This document shows positions 49,948-60,819 of a DNA stretch of 64,000 nt, in pieces. The position numbers and the translations under genes were made by a program. The first letter of the stretch is position 1; each line of letters opens with the position of its first letter. The DNA comes from Promethearchaeota archaeon. Lineage in GTDB: Archaea > Asgardarchaeota > Lokiarchaeia > Sigyniarchaeales > SOKP01. Where the stretch lies: assembly GCA_016840085.1 (NCBI GenBank), contig JAEOTA010000086.1, positions 64,001-128,000 on the forward strand, written 5' to 3'. The notes beneath the pieces were generated by a model. That model made no database searches. It saw only the letters and a list, made by a program, of their open reading frames with translations, and was not told the DNA's origin.

Positions 49948-50603
49948 TATGATAAAAATTCCATAATTTCTTCTTCTGAAATTTTCCCAATTCGTAAAAA
50001 CTTTATCATTTGAGATGTGCAATCAACAATAGTAGTCGCAAGTCTTGATTTTGACTTACCACCATCAATAATTAAATCTATAGGACTTAATATCTTTTTA
50101 GTTACTTCTTCTCCACTTATAGAAGGAGTTTCTCCTGAATAATTTGCTGATGTACCAATTAACCCCCCAAAATGCTTTCTTTCCTTTAAAATCTTTAATA
50201 TATTTAAAAGGATTTCATTCTCAGGAACTCGTAAGCCTATTGTATTTTGAAAAGCGGTTACTTCTGGAGGTAGGATATTAGGCTCCTTTTTTTTTAATAT
50301 TAAAGTTAATTGACCTGGCCAATAATGATTTACCAATTTTTGGGCTATATCATTAAATTCAGCAATTTTAGTTGCTTCCTCAAAATCAGAAATTAATAAT
50401 AGAAATCCTTTCGTTCGATCCCTAAATTTAATATCATATATTCTGTTAATAACATTTAGATCTAATGGATTCCCTCCAATTCCATAAACTGAATTGGTAG
50501 GAAAGGCAATTACTTTACCTTCAATTATATTATCAACAGCAATATCAAGATAAAGCTTAATATCTTTTATATTTTTGCCAGCCAGCTTTATTAAAAATCC
50601 CAT
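49947..50603 (-). CDS. sua5: threonylcarbamoyl-AMP synthase Sua5/TsaC
   Basis: AFPTNSVYG, IKFR, WPGQLT, GLRVP, TSANYSG. Confidence 0.92.
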   Translation of the reverse strand: MGFLIKLAGKNIKDIKLYLDIAVDNIIEGKVIAFPTNSVYGIGGNPLDLNVINRIYDIKFRDRTKGFLLLISDFEEATKIAEFNDIAQKLVNHYWPGQLTLILKKKEPNILPPEVTAFQNTIGLRVPENEILLNILKILKERKHFGGLIGTSANYSGETPSISGEEVTKKILSPIDLIIDGGKSKSRLATTIVDCTSQMIKFLRIGKISEEEIMEFLS

Positions 50604-50663
50604 TTAAAATCTATTAGAATTTAATATTAATAATAAAAATTGAGCATAGAATAAATATAAATA

Positions 50664-51605
50664 TTATTTCGTGTATTGTTCTTGACAGCTTAATTCAACA
50701 GTTATGCGTTTCCAATTATGATCTAGTCTTTCTTGAAGTTCTATTAAATCTTTTTCAGAAATTTTTGAAAACCTCTTTTGTTTGGATAGGTAATCAACCA
50801 GAGGTGTTCTTTTCGTTGGATCTAATAATGATTTACTCTTTTTAGACAATCTCATAATACCATTTTCAATTTCAAACAATATCCATGAGCCTGTTTTTAC
50901 TGCTAATCGCGCTATTTCAATTGTTTCTTCTGAACCAAAACCCCACCCTGGTGCGCATGGCGCTAAAATATGGATATATTTACAACCCTTAATTGATTTA
51001 GCCTTCATAAATTTATCAAATAAATCAAGTGGCTCACTTATACTGCAAGTTGCAACATAAGGGATATCATGGGCAGCTAAAATTGCTGGAAGATTTTTTT
51101 TGTATCTTTCTTTCCCTTTTGTAGTTGTAGTAGTGATTGCGCCATGAGGAGTAGATGATGATCTCTGAATCCCTGTATTCATATAAGCTTCGTTATCATA
51201 ACATACATAAAGTATATTACTATTTCGCTCTGCGGCGCCTGAAAGGCCTTGAATTCCTATATCTGCTGTTCCTCCATCACCCGCAAATACCAATGCTGTT
51301 ATCTCATCCCATCCTTTATCAGGATATTTATATGCTTTGGCTTTAAAAGCGGCTTCCATACCCGTAGCAGCAGCAGCAGCAGCAGCAAATGCCATATTCG
51401 TAAAAGGAAAATTAGGTGCTGTTTTAGGCCATAAACCAATAACAACATTTAAACATGAAGCAGGGGTTACTAATGCTGTATTAGGTCCTAATGCTTTCAT
51501 TGCCCACCTAAGGGCTATCTCAAGACCACATCCGGCACAACAAGAATTTCCTGCAAGAAAATATTCTTCTTGGCATGATTCTAATACTTCTTTTAATTTA
51601 ACCAC
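50664..51605 (-). CDS. porB: pyruvate/2-oxoacid:ferredoxin oxidoreductase beta subunit
   Basis: CAGCG, GDGGTADIG...DNEAYMNTG. Confidence 0.92.
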   Translation of the reverse strand: MVKLKEVLESCQEEYFLAGNSCCAGCGLEIALRWAMKALGPNTALVTPASCLNVVIGLWPKTAPNFPFTNMAFAAAAAAATGMEAAFKAKAYKYPDKGWDEITALVFAGDGGTADIGIQGLSGAAERNSNILYVCYDNEAYMNTGIQRSSSTPHGAITTTTTKGKERYKKNLPAILAAHDIPYVATCSISEPLDLFDKFMKAKSIKGCKYIHILAPCAPGWGFGSEETIEIARLAVKTGSWILFEIENGIMRLSKKSKSLLDPTKRTPLVDYLSKQKRFSKISEKDLIELQERLDHNWKRITVELSCQEQYTK

Positions 51606-51608
51606 TTT

Positions 51609-52865
51609 TTAATCAACCTCTAATAGACCATCCCAAAGAGTTCCATGAATTATATCTTTAGGTAACTCTCCCGTTTCATTCAATTTTATTAACAATTTTA
51701 ATTGATTCTTTTGTTGTTCAAGAGAGACTTCTCTTCCACCTAAACCATTAATGATTGGTAAGACTTTAGTTTCGACTCCTGAATCAAATAAAGCAGATTT
51801 AACTTCGCAACTTACTGGTCCTCCGGTTTGTGACCCAAATGCTGTAGCTCTATCAATAACACCAATAAGATCAACTTTTTTAGCAGCATCGATGATATCT
51901 TCAACAGGAAATGGTCGAAAATGTCTTAGTTTTAACATTCCCACTTTATATCCTTCATCTCTTACATCATCAATTGCTTGTTCCATTTGTAATGCTAAAT
52001 CCCCGTAAATAACAACTCCAACTTTTGCATCATCCAATTTGTATTCTTGAATCAATCCATTTCCGTAATTCCTCCCAAAAATTTCTTCAAATTCTTTAGC
52101 AACGCTTTTAATATTTTCTTTTGCTCTTATATGAGCATCATGAATTTTCATTCTAAATTCATAATAAAATCCCGCAGGCATAATAAGATTTCCAAACATC
52201 ATCGGCCTTTTAGGATCAATCCATATGTGTGGCCACCCATCTTCACTTGGTAGTGCAGGTAAGAATTTATCTACAAGATCTTGATCTTCAATTATTACTG
52301 GTTTAGAAGTATGGGATAAAATAAATCCGCCATAAGCAACGAATTTAGGAAGTAGAACTTCATGGTTTTCACAAACTTTATAAGACATTAAAATTTCATC
52401 ATATATTTCTTGATGCGAAGCACAAAAAGAACTCAACCATCCTGTATCACGTTGACTGAGTACATCAGTAAAATCTGCCCATATATTCCAAGGAGGTGCC
52501 GGCCCCCTTGAAGCAATCGCAACAACAATAGGAAGTCTTGCACCTGCCGCCCAATGAATCATTTCATGGGCATAAAAAATACCCTGACCTGATGTTGCAG
52601 TGAAAGTTCTTGTTCCAGCTTTACTAGCTCCGATAACTGCAGCAAAAACACTGTGTTCAGATTCAAATTTTATATATTGCGTTCCAGGCATCTCATCATT
52701 ATCTGAAAATTCAGATAATTTCTCAACAACCGTCGTTTGTGGAGTTATTGGATATGCACTAATTACTTGAACTCGTGCAGATTTCGCAGCATATGCTACT
52801 GCTACATTTCCTTTAATAATTTTTGTTTCATGTTGCTGTATAAAATCTTTTTGAGCTTCAACCAT
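51609..52865 (-). CDS. porA: pyruvate/2-oxoacid:ferredoxin oxidoreductase alpha subunit
   Basis: AYPITPQT, ESEH, TATSGQG, FRPFP, GLGGRE. Confidence 0.93.
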   Translation of the reverse strand: MVEAQKDFIQQHETKIIKGNVAVAYAAKSARVQVISAYPITPQTTVVEKLSEFSDNDEMPGTQYIKFESEHSVFAAVIGASKAGTRTFTATSGQGIFYAHEMIHWAAGARLPIVVAIASRGPAPPWNIWADFTDVLSQRDTGWLSSFCASHQEIYDEILMSYKVCENHEVLLPKFVAYGGFILSHTSKPVIIEDQDLVDKFLPALPSEDGWPHIWIDPKRPMMFGNLIMPAGFYYEFRMKIHDAHIRAKENIKSVAKEFEEIFGRNYGNGLIQEYKLDDAKVGVVIYGDLALQMEQAIDDVRDEGYKVGMLKLRHFRPFPVEDIIDAAKKVDLIGVIDRATAFGSQTGGPVSCEVKSALFDSGVETKVLPIINGLGGREVSLEQQKNQLKLLIKLNETGELPKDIIHGTLWDGLLEVD

Positions 52866-53205
52866 CTTTTACATCACTTTCTCTAATCATCTCAATATTA
52901 TTTGAGGGACATTCTTTAGCACATATCCCACAACCTTTACAATATTTTAAGTCTATTTCAAAAGAACCATCTTCCTTTCTCTTAATTACACCTTCAGGAC
53001 AATACATCCAACAGATCCCGCATTGATTACATCCTTCCTTAATAACAGGTCTAAAAGTTCTCCAATCACCCGTTGTACCAATACTTCCATCTATAGGTAA
53101 TGATATTGGAATAGGAGGTAGTTCTTTCCAGTTTTTATATTCTTGAACTTTAGGACGTTCTTTTATCGATTTATTAATTTTTTTCCATTTTTCAGATTCA
53201 GACAT
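52858..53205 (-). CDS. porD: oxidoreductase delta subunit (2x[4Fe-4S])
   Basis: TGDWRTFRP, CNQCGICWMYCP, CKGCGICAKECP. Confidence 0.93.
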   Translation of the reverse strand: MSESEKWKKINKSIKERPKVQEYKNWKELPPIPISLPIDGSIGTTGDWRTFRPVIKEGCNQCGICWMYCPEGVIKRKEDGSFEIDLKYCKGCGICAKECPSNNIEMIRESDVKDG

Positions 53206-53207
53206 TG

Positions 53208-53786
53208 TTAAACCTCTTTAACAGATTCATAAGCATCTCTAGCTACACTCATGTTATTATCCAATTTGCTTTCTCCAAATTCTTTTCTTATAACATTTTC
53301 CATTATCTCAAGATCATAATAACCTGTAATTTTTCCAAATGCTCCTAGCATAGGGATATTTAAAATAGGACCGCTAGCATGCATAAAATCTCTTTTGATA
53401 CAAATCCCTGTGGCATCGACTATAAAAATCTTAATATTTTTTGGAAGATCACGAGAATCAATAGGATCTGGACTATTAACTATGAGAGTAACACCATCTT
53501 TAATGGTGGCTTTAATTCTTGGTATTTTGATTAAAGAAGTATCAAATAATAGTAAATAATCAGGATATACTACGCTATCATAGGTTTTGATTGATTTATT
53601 CTTCGAAATTTTTGTAAATGCTTGTATAGGAGCCCCTCTACGTTCGGCTCCAACGATAGGGATTGCAATAGTATCTTTAAATCCCTTTTCAAATGCCATT
53701 TCTGCTAATAATTGACTTGCTGTTATACATGTTTGACCTCCCCTACAATGCATTGAGATTTCTACAATTTTTTGTTCTTGAGACAA
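53208..53786 (-). CDS. porG: oxidoreductase gamma subunit
   Basis: RGGQ, GAERRGAP, NIPMLGA. Confidence 0.9.
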   Translation of the reverse strand: MSQEQKIVEISMHCRGGQTCITASQLLAEMAFEKGFKDTIAIPIVGAERRGAPIQAFTKISKNKSIKTYDSVVYPDYLLLFDTSLIKIPRIKATIKDGVTLIVNSPDPIDSRDLPKNIKIFIVDATGICIKRDFMHASGPILNIPMLGAFGKITGYYDLEIMENVIRKEFGESKLDNNMSVARDAYESVKEV

Positions 53787-54026
53787 CTTTTTCCAATTTT
53801 TTATTATTTAATTCTTCTATAATATATTAATAATAGTCCTTTTGATTTTTCTCATATAATTGCAATATTAAACAATAATATAGAGTTTTTAATTATAATT
53901 ATTATAACTAAAAAAAAGTTCTAATAAATAGTTTATTTTCTAAATATCATTATTTTGAATTAATTTAAAGAAAATTAAAATAGAATCAGATTAATTTTGA
54001 GCTAATTTAAATTCTATATTGTTCTT

Positions 54027-54596
54027 ATGTCTGGAGAGAAGAGAAATAGCGAAATTGTATATTCATTTAAATGCCCTTCGTGCGAGACAGGCACTATTGA
54101 TATCGTTAAAAGCATATATGATCTACCTGATGGAGATAAAATGCTTATATTAAAATTCGAATGTGGAGATTGCAATTTTCACAAAAATGATATAATTCCT
54201 TTAACAACAAATATGGATCCAGGAATTATGACCTTGAAAGTTACCAATGAAAATGATCTTAAATCAAAAATTTATCGTTCGCCACTAGGAAAATTAGAAA
54301 TTCCTGAGCTAGAATTAATCGTGGAACCGGGACCAAGAGCTGATTTTTATTATACAAATGTAGAAGGCGTATTATATAGATTTGAAAATGCTGTTTCACT
54401 ATACAGAAAAAATCTCACGGAAGGCAACCCAGAATTAGATGAAATTGAGGATATTTTAAATAATTTGAGGGAAGCACTATTAGGAAATTTTGAGTTTACC
54501 TTAAAAATAACTGATTCTGGAGGAGGAAGTTATATAATTCCAAAAGATAAATCGACATATAAATTTGAAAAGCTTGAAAGAAAGAAATCAGAATAA
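54027..54596 (+). CDS. ZPR1 zinc finger protein
   Basis: CPSC...CGDC, IPELEL.VEPG, TNVEG, DSGGGSYI. Confidence 0.9.
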   Translation: MSGEKRNSEIVYSFKCPSCETGTIDIVKSIYDLPDGDKMLILKFECGDCNFHKNDIIPLTTNMDPGIMTLKVTNENDLKSKIYRSPLGKLEIPELELIVEPGPRADFYYTNVEGVLYRFENAVSLYRKNLTEGNPELDEIEDILNNLREALLGNFEFTLKITDSGGGSYIIPKDKSTYKFEKLERKKSE

Positions 54597-54667
54597 ATAT
54601 AAAATATATTTTTAACATAATTGTTTATTATTAAACTAAATTCAAATTCTAAATATTGTGATCAGAT

Positions 54668-55822
54668 ATGGGAAATCAAATTAAAAAGATTGGAATTCTT
54701 ACTGGGGGAGGAGATTGTCCGGGTCTGAATTCTGTGATCTACGGTATTATGCTTAAAGCTTATGATGCTGGGGTTGAATGTATTGGAATCCTTAAAGGTT
54801 GGAAAGGCTTTTTGGAAAATCAAACAATTCCTCTTGACATCTCTGAACATGATGACTTACATACTGTTGGGGGAACTATCCTATATACAAGTAGAACTAA
54901 TCCATTTAAAGGTGTAAGTTCAAAAGAAGAAAAAGCAAAGGAATTAGCCAAAAAATTTGAAGAATTGGGAATAGATGCTTTAATTGCTATAGGGGGAGAT
55001 GATACATTAGGAGTAGCGGATAATATGTATAAATTTGCTAATTCTAAAGTTGTAGGCTGCCCTAAAACGATAGATAACGATTTAGCAGGAACACATTATA
55101 CGTTTGGATTCTGGAGTGCCGTACAGTTAGCCTCTAACGCAATGGATAATCTTACAACTACAGCTCGTTCACATCAAAGAGTATTTGTTGTCGAAGTTAT
55201 GGGGAGAGATGCCGGTTTTTTAACAATGTATAGTGGAATTTCTGCTGGAGCTGATATAATATTAATTCCTGAGACTCCGTTTGATTTAGAAAAGGACATC
55301 ATTGATATTTTGAAAAAAAGAGTTAATGCGGGCTATAAATATCAAATAATTGCTACATCAGAAGGAGCTTACCCAAATTCAGAATCTTTAAACCGAGATT
55401 TTAAAACCATATCGAAAGAAACAATTGATAAATTACCTAAAGATACATACGGTAACCCATTACTCGTAAAATTGAAAATGTCTCAAATTATTGTGGATGA
55501 ACTAAACTTAAGGGAAGATCTAAAACAGGAATTCCAGAAAAACGGAGTAGATTTTGAATGTAGAAGTGTAGTACTTGGTCACACAATGCGTGCTGGAACA
55601 CCTAATTCATTTGATAGAATCTTAGGATTAAGATTTGGCTTAGCGGCTATGAAACTTGTTCTTGAGGGAAAATTTGGAAATATGGTATCACTCCAAGGAA
55701 ACAAAATAAAAACTGTTCCTCTTTCAGAAGGAGTTAAAAAGAAATATATCACTCCAGAAAATGATAAAATGGAATTACGAGATTTATTAGTTAAAATTAG
55801 ATATTTATCAAAACAGAAATAA
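54668..55822 (+). CDS. pfk: PfkA-family 6-phosphofructokinase, probably PPi-dependent
   Basis: TGGGDCPGLN, GGDDT, PKTIDND, EVMGR. Confidence 0.92.
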   Translation: MGNQIKKIGILTGGGDCPGLNSVIYGIMLKAYDAGVECIGILKGWKGFLENQTIPLDISEHDDLHTVGGTILYTSRTNPFKGVSSKEEKAKELAKKFEELGIDALIAIGGDDTLGVADNMYKFANSKVVGCPKTIDNDLAGTHYTFGFWSAVQLASNAMDNLTTTARSHQRVFVVEVMGRDAGFLTMYSGISAGADIILIPETPFDLEKDIIDILKKRVNAGYKYQIIATSEGAYPNSESLNRDFKTISKETIDKLPKDTYGNPLLVKLKMSQIIVDELNLREDLKQEFQKNGVDFECRSVVLGHTMRAGTPNSFDRILGLRFGLAAMKLVLEGKFGNMVSLQGNKIKTVPLSEGVKKKYITPENDKMELRDLLVKIRYLSKQK

Positions 55823-55967
55823 ATATTTGAGTTTTTTTTTTATATATTTTTAGTTTAAAAAAGGAATTTTTCTGCACCAATGTTTTTATATTAAGTTTCT
55901 TGATAATATAAAATCAAGTAAAATAAAAGCAGAATTTTCTTAGAAGTTAATTATTATTCTAAATTAA

Positions 55968-57509
55968 ATGAAAATTATGAAATGGAAGAAAATTTTATTA
56001 TTAGTTGCAAATTACAAGACAACTGGTTATGATTTTTATGATTCCGCCTTTCCCCCTTTAGCTTTTGAATATCTTGCAGCTTATGTAGAAGATCTGGTAG
56101 AAGTGAGAATAATAGATTCAAAAGCTGCTAAATTAAATTTATCTCAAGTTAAGAAGGAAATTGAAAATTATCAACCTGATTTAGTAGGATTAACAGTTCC
56201 CGTTACAAGTGCAATAGATACTGTTTTACAACATGCAAAAATTGCTAAATTATATGGCTCAACAACTGTTATTGGTGGATGGCATCCAACTTTAGCAGTT
56301 GAGCAAACTTTATCTTCTCCATGGATAGATATTTTGGTTAGAGGTGAGGGTGAATTTACTTTCCGTGAATTAATTGAAAAGGAGTCTCCAGTAAATATAA
56401 GTGGTCTATCATATAAAATGAATGGAAAATTAATACATAATCCAGATAGACCATTTTTAAAAAACTTGGATGAGTTAAGGCCTCCGTCTCGCCATTTGGT
56501 AGGAAAATATAAATACAAGATATTTAATATGAATTGTGACGCGATTGAGACTTCTCGTGGGTGCCCACAAGCTTGCAAGTTCTGTAGTACTAATGTGGTC
56601 TATAATCAAACATGGAGATCTAGATCAGTTGAAAATATTATAAAGGAATTAGAAATAATATCAAAAAATAAAAAAATCAATGATGTTTTTTTTGTAGATG
56701 ATAATTTTCTTGTTAATATGAAACGCATTGGAAGATTATCCTTTGAAATTATAAAAGGCAAGAGAACAGGAAGAATACGAAAAAATTTATTTTTTTTCTT
56801 TCAAGGACGCTTAGATTCAATGGCGAGATACCCTAAAGTAGTTAAGTTAATGGCTAAGGCGGGTTTTTGGCTTGTTCTTGTAGGTGTTGAAGCAACCGAT
56901 AATAAAGGACTCAAAATAGTGGCTAAGGGATGTAATATGAATCAAATTAAAAAGGGTATAAAGGTTTTACATGAAAATGAAATTACAGTAATGGGAAATG
57001 TTATTATCGGAGCTAACCTAGAAGACTCTGTGGATGATGTTTTCACAACAATTAATAAAACAAGAGAATTAAGTTTAGATTTACCAAGTTTTACATTGCT
57101 AACGCCATTCCCAGCGACTAAATTTTACAATGAAATCATAGAAAAAGATCTACTTTTAACTGAAGAATATAGTAAATTTAATTGGCTTAACCCAGTGATA
57201 AAAACCCCAAATCTTAGTCCTGAAATTCTTAAAAAATTATTATTTCTTGGATTTTATTCAATTGGTTATTATGGTGGAAACTTGAGAAATAAGTTATATT
57301 TATACAATCGAACTGTTAAATCAAGAGGAATCTTTTATGTTATCAATCCCCTAAGATTTTACCTAGGGTTAAGCTCATATTTTAAATGGAAAAAAATTGT
57401 CCTTAAAAATTTAGATGGATTAAAAAAGAAAGTTGTGAAACAAATTAGATCAGGAAATCTAAACCGCATGGAAGATCTAAGAAATGCTATAAAAAATTGG
57501 GGGCCCTAA
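55968..57509 (+). CDS. B12-binding radical SAM protein
   Basis: GGWHPT, RGEGE, SRGCPQACKFC, DDNF. Confidence 0.92.
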   Translation: MKIMKWKKILLLVANYKTTGYDFYDSAFPPLAFEYLAAYVEDLVEVRIIDSKAAKLNLSQVKKEIENYQPDLVGLTVPVTSAIDTVLQHAKIAKLYGSTTVIGGWHPTLAVEQTLSSPWIDILVRGEGEFTFRELIEKESPVNISGLSYKMNGKLIHNPDRPFLKNLDELRPPSRHLVGKYKYKIFNMNCDAIETSRGCPQACKFCSTNVVYNQTWRSRSVENIIKELEIISKNKKINDVFFVDDNFLVNMKRIGRLSFEIIKGKRTGRIRKNLFFFFQGRLDSMARYPKVVKLMAKAGFWLVLVGVEATDNKGLKIVAKGCNMNQIKKGIKVLHENEITVMGNVIIGANLEDSVDDVFTTINKTRELSLDLPSFTLLTPFPATKFYNEIIEKDLLLTEEYSKFNWLNPVIKTPNLSPEILKKLLFLGFYSIGYYGGNLRNKLYLYNRTVKSRGIFYVINPLRFYLGLSSYFKWKKIVLKNLDGLKKKVVKQIRSGNLNRMEDLRNAIKNWGP

Positions 57510-57513
57510 AGAA

Positions 57514-58983
57514 ATGGATTATCAAATTTTAAAAAATCATGATTTTACTTGGAAAAAAGTACTATTAATTAAACCAAATTATAGAACCACTGGCTTGGAC
57601 TATTATAATATGGATTTTCCTCCAATTAATCTGACATATATAGCTAGCTATTTAAATGATTTAAATGTAAATGTAGAAATCCTTGATACAAAATTAAAAA
57701 ATCTAAAGAGTAGTCAAATAAAGAAAAAGATAAAGAAATTTAACCCAAATATTGTTGGAATTTCTGTTTTTGTATCCGCTGCATTAAAAGCTTCAATTGA
57801 CATAGCAAAAATTGTGAAAGAGGTTAAACCAAATTGTATTGTGGTCTTTGGTGGGCGACATCCTACCTTTGAACCTGATTCAACGCTTAATATAGATGAA
57901 GTTGATATTTTAGTAAGAGGAGAAGGAGAGTTAACATTTAGAGAATTAATCATTAAAGGTACTCCTGATGGTGTAAAAGGGATTTCCTATAAATCTAATG
58001 GAAAAGTAATTCATAATCCTGATAGGCCATTATTAAAAGATATTGAGAACATTAAATTCCCTTTAAGAGAACTGACAAAGAAAAATAAATATCGGATGTT
58101 TACAGTGAGATTAGAAACGGTTGAAACCTCAAGAGGTTGTCCTTACACGTGCAAATTTTGTACGACTCATATTTTCAATAATCAATTATGGAGAGCACGA
58201 CCAGTCGAAAAAATTATAATAGAATTAAAATTCATCTCTAGAAATCGAAAAATTACAGATATTTTTTTTGTTGACGATAATTTAACTGTAAATACTAATA
58301 GAATTGAAAGACTATGCGATAGAATAATAGAATGCAAACAAAACAAAGAAATTAATGACTTTAAATTTTTTGCACAGATTAGAGCCGATTCAGTCGCAAA
58401 AGCTCCTCAAATGGTAAAAAAAATGGCTGAAGCGGGGTTCTGGGCAGTTTTTATTGGGATTGAGAGTGTTAATTAAGACTCTCTTAAAGAAATCAGAAAA
58501 GGTTTCAACTTTAAGAAAGTAGTTGAAGCACTTAAAATTTTACACGATAATAACATAATTGTAATTGGGAATTTGATAATTGGGGTTGATTTAAACGAAA
58601 CAGAGGAAGAAATTATTAAAGAAATCGAATTTATGAAAACTGTGGATGTTGATATAGTGAGCTTTGTGTTATTAACTCCATTTCCCGGAAGCGATACAAT
58701 GAAAGAATTAGAAGCACAGAATTTAGTTATTTCTAAGGATTGGGCTAAATACACAGTTTTTTATCCTGTTATCAAAACACACAAATTAAGCCCAACACAA
58801 TTATATAATCTATTATATTTTTCTTTTAGAGAACTTAAATATGTAAATAATTTGAAAGGGATAGGTTATCATGTACTAAAATCTCGAGGGTTACTATTTC
58901 TTTTAAATCCTATACGATTTTTATCCTTTATCAATTCTTTCCTAAAAGTAAGATGTTTATTCAAAGAATTCCAGAAAAGCTGA
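57514..58983 (+). pseudogene. B12-binding radical SAM paralogue interrupted by one in-frame TAA (58474-58476)
   Basis: GIESVN*DSLKEIRKG aligns without gaps to GVEATDNKGLKIVAKG of the upstream paralogue; the 58573..58983 ORF is in the same frame. Confidence 0.85.
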
Positions 58984-59067
58984 AATCTCTTTTGGTATTC
59001 GCTTATAGCATTGCTAACTTTTTTTACTAAACTTTTAATAATAAAATATAATTGAATTATTTAAACC

Positions 59068-59328
59068 ATGAATGAAATTAGAGGCACTCTTTTTGCTATT
59101 ATAAAGGGAAAGGGAACAAAATCGGAAGGACCTGAATATTTCATTAAACCATTGGATGATTACAAAGACAGATGGTCAGAAATACTCGTTAGGAAAAAAA
59201 CTCACATGTGGGAAAAAGATCCTGAATTGCATAAATTTTTAAATAAAAAAGTGTTGATAATCGGAGAGATAATCGAGACAAAGAGTATAATTACTGTTGA
59301 CTATTCAAAAGTAAAGCAGATAGAATGA
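59068..59328 (+). CDS. small hypothetical protein
   Basis: 86 aa ORF with ATG start and typical composition. Confidence 0.65.
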   Translation: MNEIRGTLFAIIKGKGTKSEGPEYFIKPLDDYKDRWSEILVRKKTHMWEKDPELHKFLNKKVLIIGEIIETKSIITVDYSKVKQIE

Positions 59329-59352
59329 GGTATTGTTTAAATACTGTCCATC

Positions 59353-60597
59353 TTATCCATAGTGCTTTTCCTCCTCTTGGTCTGCATCGATTGCATCCAA
59401 TTCAATATCTCGACCAAGCCATTTTTCACTTAACATTTCCTTATAATATTCATGTTGGATTATTAGATTCATAATTTCTGTTGTTCCCGTCCAAATTTCA
59501 CCTATTCTGGCGTCTCGTAGTAATCTTTCAATTGGATAAACCGTTGTATAACCAATTCCCCCCATAATTTGCATGGAATTATTAATTACTTTCCAACATG
59601 ATTTAGTTGAAAATTTCTTCGATTCAGAAACTAATCTTCTCTGAAGGGCAGGTGGAGCTCCAGCATCAATACTTTTAGCAGTGTTATAAACAATAGATCG
59701 TGTTGCATCTAATAAAGTGATGCTATCTGCTATCAGAAAACTCACTCCCTGAAAATTTCTTATAGCTTGCCCGAAAGCTTTTCTTTTAGTGCTGTATTTT
59801 GTGGCAATTCGTAAACAAGCCCTTGCTAACCCAATAAATCCCGATGCTGTGGTTAAACGTTCAGGAACCATCATTTGATAGAATATTTTTCCACCAGCAC
59901 CCTCCTCAAGAATGATATTTTCTTCGGGAACTTTAACATTATTAAATTTTATTCTACCAGCACCACCACCTCTGGTCCCTAGTATACCATAAATATATTC
60001 AACAGCAACATCTTCAGTTCTATCTACTATGAATAAACTTAATTTTTTATGAGGATCTGCTTTTGGATCTAAATTGGTTTTCGCATACACTAAAAAGAAA
60101 TCTGCTCCCTCTGCCCCTACTACAAAACGTTTTTCCCCATTCAAGATATAATAATCACCTTCCTTCACCGCAGTAGATGTAGCTCCAAAGAAATCGGAAC
60201 CCCCTCTTGGTTCAGTTAAGGCTTCAGCAGTAAATTTTTTTCCTTCACACATAGGTTTAAGATATTTAAGTTTTTGCTCTTCTGTCCCAAAAATATTTAG
60301 AGCTTCCCCACAAATACTCGGTAAAGAAAATAAACATGCAAGTGAACTCCCCAACATACCTATTTCTTCTTGAGCAATAATTTCACTTTCCCAATTTAAC
60401 CCTCTTCCACAATATTCCTTAGGAAATCGTATTCCTATGAGATTTTGTTTTGCTAATGCATGTAACCATTCGCTTGGATATTGAACTTCATTGTTATCCA
60501 TTTTTCTTAATAATGAGGGAGAAACAGCTTCTTTAACGAATTGCTGCACTTCTTCTCTAAACTTTTTGTTTTCTTCACTTAGTAAATAATCATACAT
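59353..60597 (-). CDS. acyl-CoA dehydrogenase
   Basis: [42 protein letters not shown]. Confidence 0.94.
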   Translation of the reverse strand: MYDYLLSEENKKFREEVQQFVKEAVSPSLLRKMDNNEVQYPSEWLHALAKQNLIGIRFPKEYCGRGLNWESEIIAQEEIGMLGSSLACLFSLPSICGEALNIFGTEEQKLKYLKPMCEGKKFTAEALTEPRGGSDFFGATSTAVKEGDYYILNGEKRFVVGAEGADFFLVYAKTNLDPKADPHKKLSLFIVDRTEDVAVEYIYGILGTRGGGAGRIKFNNVKVPEENIILEEGAGGKIFYQMMVPERLTTASGFIGLARACLRIATKYSTKRKAFGQAIRNFQGVSFLIADSITLLDATRSIVYNTAKSIDAGAPPALQRRLVSESKKFSTKSCWKVINNSMQIMGGIGYTTVYPIERLLRDARIGEIWTGTTEIMNLIIQHEYYKEMLSEKWLGRDIELDAIDADQEEEKHYG

Positions 60598-60819
60598 TTT
60601 TTCTTATCCCTAAATCATTTATATTGCAATTAAGTAATGATGAGTTTAATAAAAATAATGATTAGATCTAATTTTATTAGTTTACAATGATTTCTCAAAT
60701 TCATACTTCAATTATAGTTCAACAGTTTAAACTATAAATATCATTAACATTTTACACACATTAAAGCAACTTAATAGTTAAACTTTATACTATCAAACTC
60801 TAAAATAGGGGATTTACTT

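Noticed and set aside
51364-51387. (GCA)n tandem repeat
   Set aside because: It encodes the poly-Ala helix of PorB; not a repeat element.
58474-58476. Selenocysteine/pyrrolysine recoding or a second intron
   Set aside because: The codon is TAA, not TGA or TAG, it is not at a Cys position, and there is no length difference versus the paralogue.
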